The notes under the pieces were generated by a model. It did no database searches. It was not told the origin of the DNA and was given only the letters and a program-made list of their open reading frames with translations. From Spirochaetia bacterium (lineage in GTDB: Bacteria > Spirochaetota > Spirochaetia > UBA9216): a DNA stretch of 64,000 bases. The position numbers and the translations under genes are program-made. Location: positions 5,024,001 to 5,088,000 of the forward strand of contig OY776510.1 of assembly GCA_963675665.1 (NCBI GenBank), read 5' to 3'. Positions 38,181 through 48,942 of the stretch are shown in pieces. Each line of letters starts with the position of its first letter. Position 1 is the stretch's first letter.

Positions 38181-38666
38181 TTAAAATCTAAATCCGTACG
38201 TGAGGGTTAAATTCGGTATAAAATCCAAATCAAATCCTGTCTTATCCGGAGATATTATAAACGGAATACCGCCTCCTCCTTTCAGAGAAATTCTATGATT
38301 CGGATTTATTTTATAATAAAATCCGGCAGCAAGACCTGAACTGAGCATTGTCTCCGGCCCGGGTTCAGTAAAAACAGTAAACCCGTCAATTAAACCGAAA
38401 AGCAGTTCAGCACCAAACCTGTTCGCATTTGGAGTAATATTCCAAACGCCCGTTAAATCATATAAAAGAACCAGATCCCCTTCGAATGAAAAGATGTTGC
38501 TTCCGATTCCGGTTCTTATTGCAATACTGTTGTTCAGAGAATATTGAAGTCCCAATTCGATTCTTATATCATAACCCGTGGTTACCTGAAACTCCAGTTT
38601 ATCTTCGGCTGCTGCTGCAGAACATAGAACCAATCCAATAGCTAAAATAAATATTATTTTTTTCAC
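38181..38666 (-). CDS. Small outer-membrane beta-barrel-like protein
   Basis: GTG start after AGGAGA; signal peptide; alternating strands; terminal YGFRF. Confidence 0.6.
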   Translation of the reverse strand: MKKIIFILAIGLVLCSAAAAEDKLEFQVTTGYDIRIELGLQYSLNNSIAIRTGIGSNIFSFEGDLVLLYDLTGVWNITPNANRFGAELLFGLIDGFTVFTEPGPETMLSSGLAAGFYYKINPNHRISLKGGGGIPFIISPDKTGFDLDFIPNLTLTYGFRF

Positions 38667-38825
38667 ATTTTCTCCTAATATTAATAAATAGATTATAGGC
38701 ATATCTAATTTCCCCAAATTGGGCTTGATCAGCAATTTACTTCTTATTATTTCTTTCCTGTTAGATAAGAATTTACATCAGTAATCCTCCTTGTTTATTA
38801 TTTTTACTCTACGATTTCACGCTTT

Positions 38826-39047
38826 TCAGAAACGGCCTATACATATAAGAAAAACTCCCAAAATGAGTAAAAGCATGTTCCTGCCCAGAAATATCAAATT
38901 CGCGGATTTTCTTCCAAAACGATTTCTTAACGAAACCAGACCGAAAAACATGTCCGGGAAAAACACCTGCAGCAGAGTCAGCGCCGAAAAGAAAACTATG
39001 ACGATAATTCCGAAGATCTTTAAAATCACTCTCAGTACTTCATTCAT
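38826..39047 (-). CDS. Small two-TM membrane protein
   Basis: RBS AGGAG in the upstream gene end; two hydrophobic helices around FGRKSA. Confidence 0.55.
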   Translation of the reverse strand: MNEVLRVILKIFGIIVIVFFSALTLLQVFFPDMFFGLVSLRNRFGRKSANLIFLGRNMLLLILGVFLICIGRF

Positions 39048-39050
39048 TTT

Positions 39051-40439
39051 TTACTCCTGGCCTGTTTCCGCTGTCCTGAATGTTAATGACCGCAGACCTG
39101 AATTTATTTTCATCCATTCGCTTGTTGCGGTTATTTTAACTTTTGTGAATTTGTTATTTTCAGATAAATTTAAATGAGATTTCAGCCACGTCTTAACACT
39201 ATCCGGGTAACTGTTAAAATTTTCCAAAAGATTACCGGGCACCTCAACTGCCCCTGTATATTTCCTTGGGTTCTTATCAAGCCCTGGAGATCTTTTTTTC
39301 AATCTTACGGTTCCGACTGAATGAATTTTCAGATTGATGTTTTTAGCCTGTCCAAATGATATTACAAAATCAGCAGGCGTACAGTAACAGTGAAACTCAT
39401 TAATCCTTATTGAAAAATCACGGTACTTTTTCAGGTAATTATAGTACTCACCACGACCGGAATCATCCATGGAGCTGTCATACGGCCTGTTTTCCAGAAA
39501 CTTTCCGGCAAGAGGCAGGTTTGTTATATGAAATTTCCATTCAGCATCGGAAATGTGTTTTTCATAAAATCCGGTTTCACCATTTCTGTTCAGGCCTTCA
39601 ACCCTGAGCACACGATCTGTGCAATATGTTCCGACTTTAAAAATAGTAATACAATCTGTAATCTGCGCATCGCCTCCTGATGTATCAATTTTAGGCTGCA
39701 TTTTCCAGTCTTCAGCGGGAAGCTGCCATTTGGGATTATCCTTTCCCCTCTGGTCCTCGTAGCTGTAGTCGATTGGATAATAAATATTGTGGTACCCTGA
39801 TATATCAAAATCATACAGACGGGTAAACATATCGCCAAATTTATTCATGATAAAATGAGTAGAACCGCTGCTGCTCATTGCTGCCGCGACAAACCTGCCC
39901 CTGTAAGGCAACCCAATCTCATAGCTGTAATCCGCCGGCAGCCACGGGTCATTGAAAATCAGGTGCCTGCCTGCATTGTCAAGAATGATCAGATGCGCAC
40001 AGCTTATTTCGTTTTTCGGCGGCTGTCCCTGATGATTGCCGGCTGGATCGGTATACATAATGTCTTCCGGCGTTGATACAACAGATATATCCCAGGACAG
40101 GATATCTTCCCTGATATTAAATCCGAAGCCCTGGGCAAAAGGGAATCCCCAGCGGTCCGTCCAGAAAAAATCCTCAACAGGCCCTCGAGCATCATCCATC
40201 CTGTAAAGTCTGCGGTTACTATCTATTGCAATCATTTGCCTGCCGTCGATGGCAATTTCAGATACACTTCCATCAAGATCTTTCGGCAGCGTCATTTTTT
40301 CCCAGGGACCGTCGCCGCCGTCGAGGTCCTGATTTGGTTTGATATAGATACTTCCGTCCAGAATTGCTGTGTAGTAACGGGAATTGAATGTATATTTACC
40401 GGTCCTGAAATAGAACCTTTCCGGAAGATCAATCTTCAT
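39051..40439 (-). CDS. Conserved-looking hypothetical protein (beta-rich, possibly a propeller)
   Basis: 462 aa, Trp/Tyr rich, no signal peptide; motif-like DPWLPADYSYE and GDMFTRLYDFD. Confidence 0.65.
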   Translation of the reverse strand: MKIDLPERFYFRTGKYTFNSRYYTAILDGSIYIKPNQDLDGGDGPWEKMTLPKDLDGSVSEIAIDGRQMIAIDSNRRLYRMDDARGPVEDFFWTDRWGFPFAQGFGFNIREDILSWDISVVSTPEDIMYTDPAGNHQGQPPKNEISCAHLIILDNAGRHLIFNDPWLPADYSYEIGLPYRGRFVAAAMSSSGSTHFIMNKFGDMFTRLYDFDISGYHNIYYPIDYSYEDQRGKDNPKWQLPAEDWKMQPKIDTSGGDAQITDCITIFKVGTYCTDRVLRVEGLNRNGETGFYEKHISDAEWKFHITNLPLAGKFLENRPYDSSMDDSGRGEYYNYLKKYRDFSIRINEFHCYCTPADFVISFGQAKNINLKIHSVGTVRLKKRSPGLDKNPRKYTGAVEVPGNLLENFNSYPDSVKTWLKSHLNLSENNKFTKVKITATSEWMKINSGLRSLTFRTAETGQE

Positions 40440-40463
40440 GAATGCCCCTGAATTCCTTTAATT

Positions 40464-41828
40464 TTAATTATTTATATCCTCTTTGATCTTCTCATAGTTC
40501 TCCGGATTGATTGGAAAAAATGAGACCACAACAGTTCCGATTATCAACAGAGCAGAAGGCAGAAGCGTAAACAATGCGGTAATTCCGAATTTTACATCAG
40601 CAGGCTGTTCAACATTGGCTACGTAACCTATCAACTCCAGAATATAACCGACTGAATATCCGGCTATTGCAGAACCGAGCTTGAAAACAAAATAAAAGAC
40701 TCCGTAGATCGGACCCTCATAATTATGTCCTGATTTCAGCTTTGAATACTCCACCGTATCCGGCAGCATTGACCAGGGTGAAAGCCAGTTTGTTGAAAGA
40801 CCTACGCCTCCGAAAATCAGAAGAGGCAGAATCATCGGAATTGAGGAAGCGCTAATTTTTATTTCCCTGTCGCCGACAAAAAAGATCACAATTAGGGCAA
40901 TTACAACCATACTCATTCCGATAATATACGGTTTTTTCTTTCCCAATCTCGAAGACAGTTTTACAAACAGGGGAATACTTATTGCCGCAGATACAAACAG
41001 GCTCAGCAGCGCCGCTGATGTAAGTTCTTCCCTGAGCAGGCAATACTTGAAGTAATAGGCAATCAGAATGGCCATTATTCCCGTTGCGGTCATTACAAGG
41101 AGCAGGGCTGTCGTCAGAATAATAAACGGTTTGTTTATCGAAAGGGCCCTGAGTATCTCCTTTATACCGCTTTTCCTTCTCTTTTCGACTGTATTTCGCT
41201 CTTTTACCGTCAGAAACGTTACAATGGTTACAATACCGATTGCCAACCCGTATACTATCCCGGTTCTTCTGAACCCCTGGACCTGGCTTCCGTTTCCCAG
41301 AACGGATACCAGCAAAAGCGTGACGCCTGCAGCGGTCAGGGTCCCAATAATCCCCAAAAAGACCCTGTAACCCGTTATAACCGAACGTTCATGATAGTCA
41401 TCCGTCATTACCGGCGTTAAAGCCAGGTACGGGACATTGACAACCGTAACCGCCGTGCTGAAAAATGTAAAAGTCAGTAATGCATATATTATTCTGCCCA
41501 GCTCATTCAGATCCGGCGACATGAAAAGAAGAAATACCGACAGCCCCAGGGGAGCGGCCCCGAATAACAGATAAGGCCTTTTGCCGCCCCATCTGCTTGA
41601 TGTATTGCCGACAATATAACCCATAACTGGATCGGTTAAAGCGTCCCAGATTTTTGAAAAAAGAAATATGCCGCCTGCAACGGCAGGTGAAAGCCGGAAA
41701 ACATCCGTATAAAAAAACAGAAGATAAAAAGCCACAACCTGGAAAGCCAGATTAGCCCCGAAATCTCCGACTGCGTACCCGAGCCTGGTTTTCATACCAA
41801 GTTTATATGTACCGACTGCATTATTCAT
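40464..41828 (-). CDS. GPH family (MelB-like) MFS glycoside:cation symporter
   Basis: YAVGDFG, KIWDALTDP.MG, RPYLLFG, NVPY.AL, PWSMLPDTVEY. Confidence 0.92.
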   Translation of the reverse strand: MNNAVGTYKLGMKTRLGYAVGDFGANLAFQVVAFYLLFFYTDVFRLSPAVAGGIFLFSKIWDALTDPVMGYIVGNTSSRWGGKRPYLLFGAAPLGLSVFLLFMSPDLNELGRIIYALLTFTFFSTAVTVVNVPYLALTPVMTDDYHERSVITGYRVFLGIIGTLTAAGVTLLLVSVLGNGSQVQGFRRTGIVYGLAIGIVTIVTFLTVKERNTVEKRRKSGIKEILRALSINKPFIILTTALLLVMTATGIMAILIAYYFKYCLLREELTSAALLSLFVSAAISIPLFVKLSSRLGKKKPYIIGMSMVVIALIVIFFVGDREIKISASSIPMILPLLIFGGVGLSTNWLSPWSMLPDTVEYSKLKSGHNYEGPIYGVFYFVFKLGSAIAGYSVGYILELIGYVANVEQPADVKFGITALFTLLPSALLIIGTVVVSFFPINPENYEKIKEDINN

Positions 41829-41844
41829 TTTTTATTCTCCATGT

Positions 41845-43215
41845 TTAAACCCCGCGCAACTTTCGTTTTTCTATTATTCCGATGATCCTGTTATGCATCC
41901 TTGTATCCAAAGGATAAAAAACCAGGGTAATAACTCCCAAAAGCAACAATATTGCAGGAATCAATGTAAACAGATATTTAATCCCTTCGAGAGTTTTTTC
42001 AGTCTGTGCCATATTCGGATTATACCCCGTTCCCGACAGGACCTTTCCGACTATAAATCCCGCAATTGCAACGCAAAGTTTTTGAACGAAATAAAATATT
42101 CCGTATAATATTCCTTCCTTTCTATTTCCAGTCACAAATTCCGAATATTCAACGGTATCGGCAACCATCGCCCAGGGAGAGATCCAGTTTGTCGACAACC
42201 CTATGCCGGCAAATACAAATAATATTATGGTCAAAGCAGCGCTCCGCTCTCCAACCAGCATTATCATTACCAGGCTTACTATTACTATGGACATACCGAG
42301 GCAATATGCCGTGCGCTTGCTTGTTCTTTTGGAAATGTATATCCAGAGAACCGAAGCGCCTGCCGCCGATACGAACAGGCAGAGGAAAGCAATTGATATC
42401 AGGTTTTCAGCTCCCAGATTGTACTTAAAGAAATAATTTATCACGACGGCAAGAATGTTCATTCCGGTCATATTTAAAAGGACTCCGGCGCAAAGAAGGA
42501 GAAACGGTTTATTGCGTACAATTATCCGGATTGAATCCCTTAAACTGTTTTTGTCGCCGGCGTTATAATCAATCTTTTCCTTTACAGCAAAAAAACACAG
42601 GAGCGTTACTCCGGCGGCAATCAGACCGTATACCATGCCGAGCATCCTGAAGCCAAGTTGCTGGCTGCCGGCTCCAAGCAGGTTAACCAGCGGAAGGGTC
42701 ACAGCAGCAGCCGTCAATGTCCCGAGGATACTGAAAATCGCCCGGAACCCCATCACCGAAGCCCTTTCATCGCTGCTTGAAGTCAATGACGGAGTAATTG
42801 CCTGGTAGGGAACATTTACCACTGTTATTGCAGTACTGAAAAAGATAAAAGTTGCCAGTCCGTACAGGAATTTATACTGTTGCTCTACAGGCGGGGCAGC
42901 CCATAACAAAGCTATGCTGAGCATGAACGGAAAGGAGCCGAACAGCAGGTAGGGTCTGAATTTCCCCCACCTGGTTCTGGTTCTGTCGGCAATCATCCCC
43001 ATCAGCGGGTCGGATACTGCATCCCAAATCTTTGCGTATAGAAATATCGTTCCGGCCAGGGCTGGAGCAAGTCCGAATACATCTGTAAAATAAAACATCA
43101 AAAAAAGGCTGGTAGACTGGAACGCCAGGTTCGCTCCGAAATCCGCCAGGGAATAATTCAGCTTGATCGAAAAACCTACCTTCTGATCACTTTCCATTTC
43201 CAATATCTTACTCAT
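41845..43215 (-). CDS. GPH family MFS glycoside:cation symporter
   Basis: KIWDAVSDPLMG, TRWGKFRPYLL, PWAMVADTVEY; paralogue of the adjacent gene. Confidence 0.92.
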   Translation of the reverse strand: MSKILEMESDQKVGFSIKLNYSLADFGANLAFQSTSLFLMFYFTDVFGLAPALAGTIFLYAKIWDAVSDPLMGMIADRTRTRWGKFRPYLLFGSFPFMLSIALLWAAPPVEQQYKFLYGLATFIFFSTAITVVNVPYQAITPSLTSSSDERASVMGFRAIFSILGTLTAAAVTLPLVNLLGAGSQQLGFRMLGMVYGLIAAGVTLLCFFAVKEKIDYNAGDKNSLRDSIRIIVRNKPFLLLCAGVLLNMTGMNILAVVINYFFKYNLGAENLISIAFLCLFVSAAGASVLWIYISKRTSKRTAYCLGMSIVIVSLVMIMLVGERSAALTIILFVFAGIGLSTNWISPWAMVADTVEYSEFVTGNRKEGILYGIFYFVQKLCVAIAGFIVGKVLSGTGYNPNMAQTEKTLEGIKYLFTLIPAILLLLGVITLVFYPLDTRMHNRIIGIIEKRKLRGV

Positions 43216-43224
43216 ATTTCGTTC

Positions 43225-44553
43225 CTAAATTCCGAGAAAAACATTCTGATTCTTCAGATTAGACTGCAATTCAGCAATATCCAATTCTCTGACAAGCAGA
43301 TCCTTTGCCGAACAGAGAGCGGCGGCAGTACCTGCCGCCTGTCCCGTCAGCATACATACAGGCTGAATTGCCCAGGCGGCCATTGCTTCATACTGTCCCG
43401 AAATGGAGCTTCCGGGTACAATTACATTTTTAATCTTTTCAGGCAGAAGACAACGAAACGGAATAGTGTACCAGGTGTTTATCAGATGTTTGAAGATATT
43501 GCTTCCGCTTTCAGGGTCCCAGATTTCCACACGGTAGGTACCTGTTGCTATCACATCATCAAACTTTTTCCCCGATAAAATATCGTTCTGGGTGATATGG
43601 TAATCACCGTGAATTCTGCGGGTACCTATTGCTCCCAGAGAAGCGCCAGTATTGATTAATTTTGCATCCCTGAATTCCGGAAAAGTTTTTTTCATGTATT
43701 CGACAATGTCCCAGATCTGCTGTCTCTGAACTTTTTCACCCTCTGCAGAACTTTCCGGCTCCAGCGGATTGATATTGAAGACCCTTGTTCCGAATATCTG
43801 TACTACGCCTCTGCTGAATACATGCATGCAGAGGCCCTGCAACGGAATATCAATAATCCCTCTGGAGCGGTCTTTCTCATAGATACCGGATATTTTTTCG
43901 ATATCAATTTTATCGGTGTCTACGCCTGCAATTCTCCACGTTGTTGAACTCGGCATTATGAAGTTTTTCTCAGGATGTCCCAAATCGGCACCGTAACCGG
44001 CCCTGAACACCAGATCGGCACTGCCTGTTGCATCAATGAAAATCTTTCCTTTTACCTTCCGTCTGCCGCTCAGGGTTTCTATTACTATTGATTCAACCAG
44101 ATTATCCGCCATATTTACACCGGTTAAAAGAGAGTTATTCCAAAACTCAACTCCTGTTTCATCCATGAGATCAAAAAAAACTTTTTTTAACGCCTCCGGA
44201 TCATAGATATACCATTTAGCCGACGCAACCTTGTCATCTTCCGTCGGATCGGGAACAAAGGTATCGACTCCGTCCATTTTTATTTCCCTGAGTTCTATTG
44301 CATCGAGAGTCCTCAGCCTGTCAACTATTTCCTGCGGAAACCCGCTGTAGGATTGTTCCATTTCCCCGATTTCGATAGCGGTAACTATAGGCCACATTGA
44401 AACCGGCACAACGGTAGACATGCCACCCGGAAAAGAAAATCTGTCAATCAGCAGGACTTTTGCCCCGTTGCGACTTGAGGATATGGCGGCGCTCATCCCG
44501 GACGGGCCGGAGCCGGCTATCACTACATCAAAATTTAAATTTTCTTCATCCAT
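43225..44553 (-). CDS. FAD-dependent oxidoreductase (FAD_oxidored/PF12831-like)
   Basis: DVVIAGSGPSG, GGMST, IDATG.ADL, IPFRCLLP, GQAAGTAAA. Confidence 0.85.
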   Translation of the reverse strand: MDEENLNFDVVIAGSGPSGMSAAISSSRNGAKVLLIDRFSFPGGMSTVVPVSMWPIVTAIEIGEMEQSYSGFPQEIVDRLRTLDAIELREIKMDGVDTFVPDPTEDDKVASAKWYIYDPEALKKVFFDLMDETGVEFWNNSLLTGVNMADNLVESIVIETLSGRRKVKGKIFIDATGSADLVFRAGYGADLGHPEKNFIMPSSTTWRIAGVDTDKIDIEKISGIYEKDRSRGIIDIPLQGLCMHVFSRGVVQIFGTRVFNINPLEPESSAEGEKVQRQQIWDIVEYMKKTFPEFRDAKLINTGASLGAIGTRRIHGDYHITQNDILSGKKFDDVIATGTYRVEIWDPESGSNIFKHLINTWYTIPFRCLLPEKIKNVIVPGSSISGQYEAMAAWAIQPVCMLTGQAAGTAAALCSAKDLLVRELDIAELQSNLKNQNVFLGI

Positions 44554-44578
44554 AACTTTCTCTCCTCTCCGTTAATAT

Positions 44579-46135
44579 TTATTGTGAAACATCGACACCT
44601 GTCGCAATCATTTCCGAGATTTTTTTCGCAGCCAGAATCTGGGTCCATACGCCGGGTCCGCATTCGCTTTGACTGCCTATAAACCAGAGGTTCCTGAAGG
44701 GAGTTTTATGCGGTATTCCGGCGGTTATAATATCCGGCCTGGCCCCTCCGAAAGAGTGGTGTGAAACCTGATGAACCATCTTCCCGTAATCTTCAGGGGT
44801 TATGACAACCTTTTCAAGAATCGACTGCTGAAGCCCGGGTATTATCCTTTCAGCATGGTTCAGCAGTTTTTCTTCGAGCCGGGCTCTATGACTTTCCCAT
44901 CCGCCGTCAATTCTGTACGGGGCAATGGTATATACGGTCACTGCGTATTTCCCTTCCGGGGCCATGTCGGGCGAGTGAAAAGACGGGATATAAATCAGAA
45001 AACCGTCGTCTCCCTGCTGCGGGACCCCCTGCCTTGTTCGCTTCACTCCGGCTTCCACATCATAAGTATTGTAATAGTACGCCAGAGGCATCGGCTGATA
45101 TTCTGCAGGGTTAAAATCGATTCCCAGGTGGATCATGAAAACCGATTCCATAAGAGGCAGGTTCTCAACCTTGTCTATCCATGATTTATCAAGATACTCT
45201 CTGCCGATCATATTAAAAAAACAGTTTTCAGCCGGGCCGCTGACCGCGACAATATCCGACTCGTGGAAAACACCGTCGGAAGTTTCCACTCCACAGGCGC
45301 AATTATCCTGAATGTGGATTTTCCGGACCGGCGCTGAGGTATGAACACGGCCTCCGTTTTTTACCAGCCGCTCAATAATATTATTGATCAGCACCCCGTT
45401 TCCTCCTTCCACATAACGGTAGGTTATATGTCCGGGACCGAAACAAAAAACCTTTCTCTGCCTGATTTTCCTGTTATATGCATTTTCCTGGTTGGAAAAT
45501 GCCAGCGCAAGCGCCGGGTACTCATCGGGAAGAACCGTCATATCCGCAAGGATCATCATGAAATAGGCTTTTAATTTATCGTTTTTAAAAAACAGATCAA
45601 CAATCTCGCAGCTGTTCATCCGGCTGTACTTTCTAACTGCAAGATATTTAACAGACATTCCGGCTTTGAATAACAGTTTAATGAATCCGTTTTTAAACGG
45701 AATATTCTTCTCAAGTGTTACAAGATCATTAACAGTATCCATCATTCCCAGGAATTTTCTTATACTTTTCCGTTCTTCAGGGAAAATGGAGGACAACCGT
45801 TTCTTTCTCCAGTTTCTATTAAAATCATCGCCCGGCTGTATTGAAAAATCTTTAAAGAAAAGACTGCGGTCTCCCCTGACAAGCTTAAGGTCAAAGTCGG
45901 GAAATACTTCCTTTAACGCTTTTCCTGCCGGTTCCGCCGGAGCAATACCCTCAAGCATCATCGGGCCCAGATCCCATTTAAAACCGTTTGACGACAGTGT
46001 TGCGGTTACTCCGCCGGGCCGGGAATGCTGCTCAAAGACCTCTGTCTGATAACCGTATTTCTGAAGACAGGCGGCAAGACTTAATCCGGCTATGCCGCTT
46101 CCGATAATTATAGCTTTCTTCCCGTTTGTATTCAT
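44579..46135 (-). CDS. Phytoene-desaturase (CrtI)-like FAD oxidoreductase
   Basis: IIGSGIAGL, E...PGG, WDLGP, P.MAPEG, TP..NLWFIG. Confidence 0.82.
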   Translation of the reverse strand: MNTNGKKAIIIGSGIAGLSLAACLQKYGYQTEVFEQHSRPGGVTATLSSNGFKWDLGPMMLEGIAPAEPAGKALKEVFPDFDLKLVRGDRSLFFKDFSIQPGDDFNRNWRKKRLSSIFPEERKSIRKFLGMMDTVNDLVTLEKNIPFKNGFIKLLFKAGMSVKYLAVRKYSRMNSCEIVDLFFKNDKLKAYFMMILADMTVLPDEYPALALAFSNQENAYNRKIRQRKVFCFGPGHITYRYVEGGNGVLINNIIERLVKNGGRVHTSAPVRKIHIQDNCACGVETSDGVFHESDIVAVSGPAENCFFNMIGREYLDKSWIDKVENLPLMESVFMIHLGIDFNPAEYQPMPLAYYYNTYDVEAGVKRTRQGVPQQGDDGFLIYIPSFHSPDMAPEGKYAVTVYTIAPYRIDGGWESHRARLEEKLLNHAERIIPGLQQSILEKVVITPEDYGKMVHQVSHHSFGGARPDIITAGIPHKTPFRNLWFIGSQSECGPGVWTQILAAKKISEMIATGVDVSQ

Positions 46136-47463
46136 ATTGATTTACATACTGCATAATGGTAATCAGAAATCACTTCCGCTATTCTTGCCCTGATTAGTTC
46201 AGAAGGGTCTTTTTTTAATAACTGATTTCTAACATCCCAATATTGTCTTTCAAAAAACTGCTTTAAAAGACCATCCGGTATTTCTTCGGATTCCATATTG
46301 ACAAGAAGCCTGTCAAGGCTCTCTTTTACCTCGGGATCATTCCAGTAATATCTTATTCGATCCGAATAACTGTATTTTTTTGACAGTTCAACTTCATACC
46401 TGCTTCCGCGGTAATAATCTTCCCAGTAACTTCTATTCCTGTTCTCCGCCTTGTTAAGAACCTCTTTAATTTCCGACAGTTTTATATTTACAAAAGACCC
46501 GAACATCTCCTGCTCCATGTAGCCCAAAAGGAAAACAGCCTCGCGCATTGCATATGACAAAGCAGGACCCACTTTTAAAATTGAGAAACCGTCGGCTACC
46601 ATGGATCTTAATTTCTCCGCCGATTGATAATCAGTTGAATGCGCTTCATAAACCAGATTGTAGTTTTTAATAAATTCTATAAGCTTTTCATTTTTTTCAT
46701 GTTCATATGGAAATACGATACTGTCGCCGAATTCAACTCCCGGCTGAACTACAACGGCAATCACCCTTTCCCATGCGTTATGAAGTTTTTCTTTCGCAAA
46801 AGCGGCTTCCGCTTCTTTTATTGTGTATTCAAGATCACTGACCGACGTAACCTCCGGGGCAGCGACATGCCCTTCAACCTCACCTCCGGGAACCGGCACC
46901 TCCGATCCAATTACAAAAACAGGGGGCTCAAGGGCCCTGTTCAGTTTATATTCTTCTTCGAAAGCCTTTTCGGCAACCCTGCATAATTGCGCTGTTCTTT
47001 CGGCTATAAGCCGTATATTTATTCCGCCCCCGGGTTCACGTTCGTCTTCCCCGAGAGGATGGCTGGCATCAAGATGTATCTTGCTGAATCCGGCCCGGAC
47101 ATAGCTGTCTACAAGGTCACAGGCTTTTTCCATTGCTTTTTCAGCCGGCTCTTTCCTCCATGGGTATGGTCCGAGATGGTCTCCCCCCAGAATCAGGGAT
47201 TCGGAACTGATCAGCCCTTTACTGTATATTGATTCTATATAATTTCTGAAATCTGCCGGCTTCATACCGGTGTAGCCGCCTTGCTGATTAACCTGATTGG
47301 AGGTTGATTCAATCAGCACCGGAAGTCCGGCTTCAGCGCCCTGTTCAATTGCAGCTTCGAGAACAAACCGGTTGGACGAACATATTGAAGCAATCCCGGA
47401 GTGCCTTCCGTTCCTGTTGTCGTCTATAATATTTCTGAATAAATCATATGTTGATTTCTTCAT
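46132..47463 (-). CDS. GatZ/KbaZ family protein (tagatose-6-phosphate 4-epimerase-like)
   Basis: ESTSNQVNQ.GGYTGM, GGDHLGP, HLDAS, EVPVPGG, EAHSTDYQ, SDRIRYYW. Confidence 0.9.
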   Translation of the reverse strand: MKKSTYDLFRNIIDDNRNGRHSGIASICSSNRFVLEAAIEQGAEAGLPVLIESTSNQVNQQGGYTGMKPADFRNYIESIYSKGLISSESLILGGDHLGPYPWRKEPAEKAMEKACDLVDSYVRAGFSKIHLDASHPLGEDEREPGGGINIRLIAERTAQLCRVAEKAFEEEYKLNRALEPPVFVIGSEVPVPGGEVEGHVAAPEVTSVSDLEYTIKEAEAAFAKEKLHNAWERVIAVVVQPGVEFGDSIVFPYEHEKNEKLIEFIKNYNLVYEAHSTDYQSAEKLRSMVADGFSILKVGPALSYAMREAVFLLGYMEQEMFGSFVNIKLSEIKEVLNKAENRNRSYWEDYYRGSRYEVELSKKYSYSDRIRYYWNDPEVKESLDRLLVNMESEEIPDGLLKQFFERQYWDVRNQLLKKDPSELIRARIAEVISDYHYAVCKSI

Positions 47464-48425
47464 GCCGTTATCATTTTCCTTACCGAATCCGCGGAGATCT
47501 CGCCTTCCATCGGGCCGAATGCCGAGGCATTTAAAGCCCCTGCAGCCGCAGCAATTCTGCCTGCTTCGGAAACAGACTTTCCTTCAATAATTCCGCATAA
47601 AAATCCTGCGTCAAACGAGTCTCCGGCACCGGTGGGATCTACTTCCCGAATTTTATAAACCGGGATGCTGACTTCATCCTTATCTCTCTGAAAAACAGCC
47701 GCCCCGTTTTTTCCTTTTTTCAGCACAATGATCTCCAGCCTGCTGTTGCCGCTGAACAGGACAGATACGGCCTCATCGATGGTCTCTTTATTCGTCATCA
47801 TTTTAAGCTCATCAATGCCCGGCAGAATTATTGAAGAATTGTCAATAATCGGCCTGATAATCTCTAAAAGGTCTCCGTCGGCAAGCAATTCTTTCCTGAT
47901 ATTGGGATCAAAACTTATCCTGTATCCGGCCTTAATAAAAGTCTCCATCGTTTCAATTATTGAATCCCTGAATTTGTCGGAAGCCAGAAGGGAACATCCC
48001 ATTATATGGAAAAAACCCTTATTGCCGTCCGGATCCGCCGACAACTCCGAAACCAGCGAATCAGGAATCCTGTTGTTCATTACGGCGGGGGTTCCGTCTA
48101 TGTGGTAAATGAACCGGCGAGAGCCGTCTTCAAAATATGTTACGAAAGCTACCGCAGTTGCCGTCTGTTCATATTCCCCGACAAACCTTGTGTCTACACC
48201 GTCATGCGACAGCCTGTCGATTACACATCTTCCGAAATCATCTTTTCCTACACCGCCGATGATTCCGCTCTTGTGGCCCAATCTTGCGGCGGTATCGATG
48301 AAAATTGCGGGAGCGCCGCTGGGAAACGGCCCCCTGAAAATTCCGGTTTCGTACAATGACATTCCCGCGTTCGGCCTCATTATTTCAACAAGGATCTCTC
48401 CCATTGTCCATATTGCAGCCATCAC
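47460..48425 (-). CDS. PfkB family sugar kinase (tagatose kinase-like)
   Basis: GPFPSGAPAIF, SFDPNIR, DPTGAGDSFDAG. Confidence 0.9.
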   Translation of the reverse strand: MMAAIWTMGEILVEIMRPNAGMSLYETGIFRGPFPSGAPAIFIDTAARLGHKSGIIGGVGKDDFGRCVIDRLSHDGVDTRFVGEYEQTATAVAFVTYFEDGSRRFIYHIDGTPAVMNNRIPDSLVSELSADPDGNKGFFHIMGCSLLASDKFRDSIIETMETFIKAGYRISFDPNIRKELLADGDLLEIIRPIIDNSSIILPGIDELKMMTNKETIDEAVSVLFSGNSRLEIIVLKKGKNGAAVFQRDKDEVSIPVYKIREVDPTGAGDSFDAGFLCGIIEGKSVSEAGRIAAAAGALNASAFGPMEGEISADSVRKMITA

Positions 48426-48917
48426 TCACCTCCCTGAACCGTCGCCGGAGAAATCAATCTTTACACTTTCGGCAAGGGGACAGATTTCAAGATCATCATC
48501 CGGAGTACCGGATTTAAATATGACCAGTATCCGCCCGATATCATCGAGGGGAAAAGGAGACCAGTGCCAGGTCCCCTCATGCATTGCGACGGCTTCTCCC
48601 TGTCGTATGACAAAAGCAGCAAGATCCTCTCCCGCACGCCCCCCCGGTTTTCCGAACAGCACGACTGAATCGCCTTCAATCCCAATCATAATTTCAGGAG
48701 AGTTTTTATGCCTTTCCATTTGGGTTACTATTTTTTCTCTCCGGTATATTTCCAGTATTCCGGTAGATGTGGTCCGGCCCATTTGCAGTTCAGACACCTT
48801 ATCCCAGTATGTAATTTCTTTATTCGCAGCGACCGGGCATCCGTTTGTCAGGGATATAATTTTCCCGAAACGTTCAAATCTGTCCTGCGACAATTTTTCG
48901 ACGTCTATATTTATCAA
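48426..48917 (-). CDS. Ureidoglycolate-lyase-like cupin
   Basis: F..FG, MERH..SPE, GTWHWSPF. Confidence 0.75.
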   Translation of the reverse strand: MINIDVEKLSQDRFERFGKIISLTNGCPVAANKEITYWDKVSELQMGRTTSTGILEIYRREKIVTQMERHKNSPEIMIGIEGDSVVLFGKPGGRAGEDLAAFVIRQGEAVAMHEGTWHWSPFPLDDIGRILVIFKSGTPDDDLEICPLAESVKIDFSGDGSGR

Positions 48918-48942
48918 TTGTTCTCTCCCGTAAATTCCTGTT

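Noticed and set aside
48109-48933. 274-aa ORF on the + strand
   Set aside because: Antisense shadow of the PfkB and cupin genes
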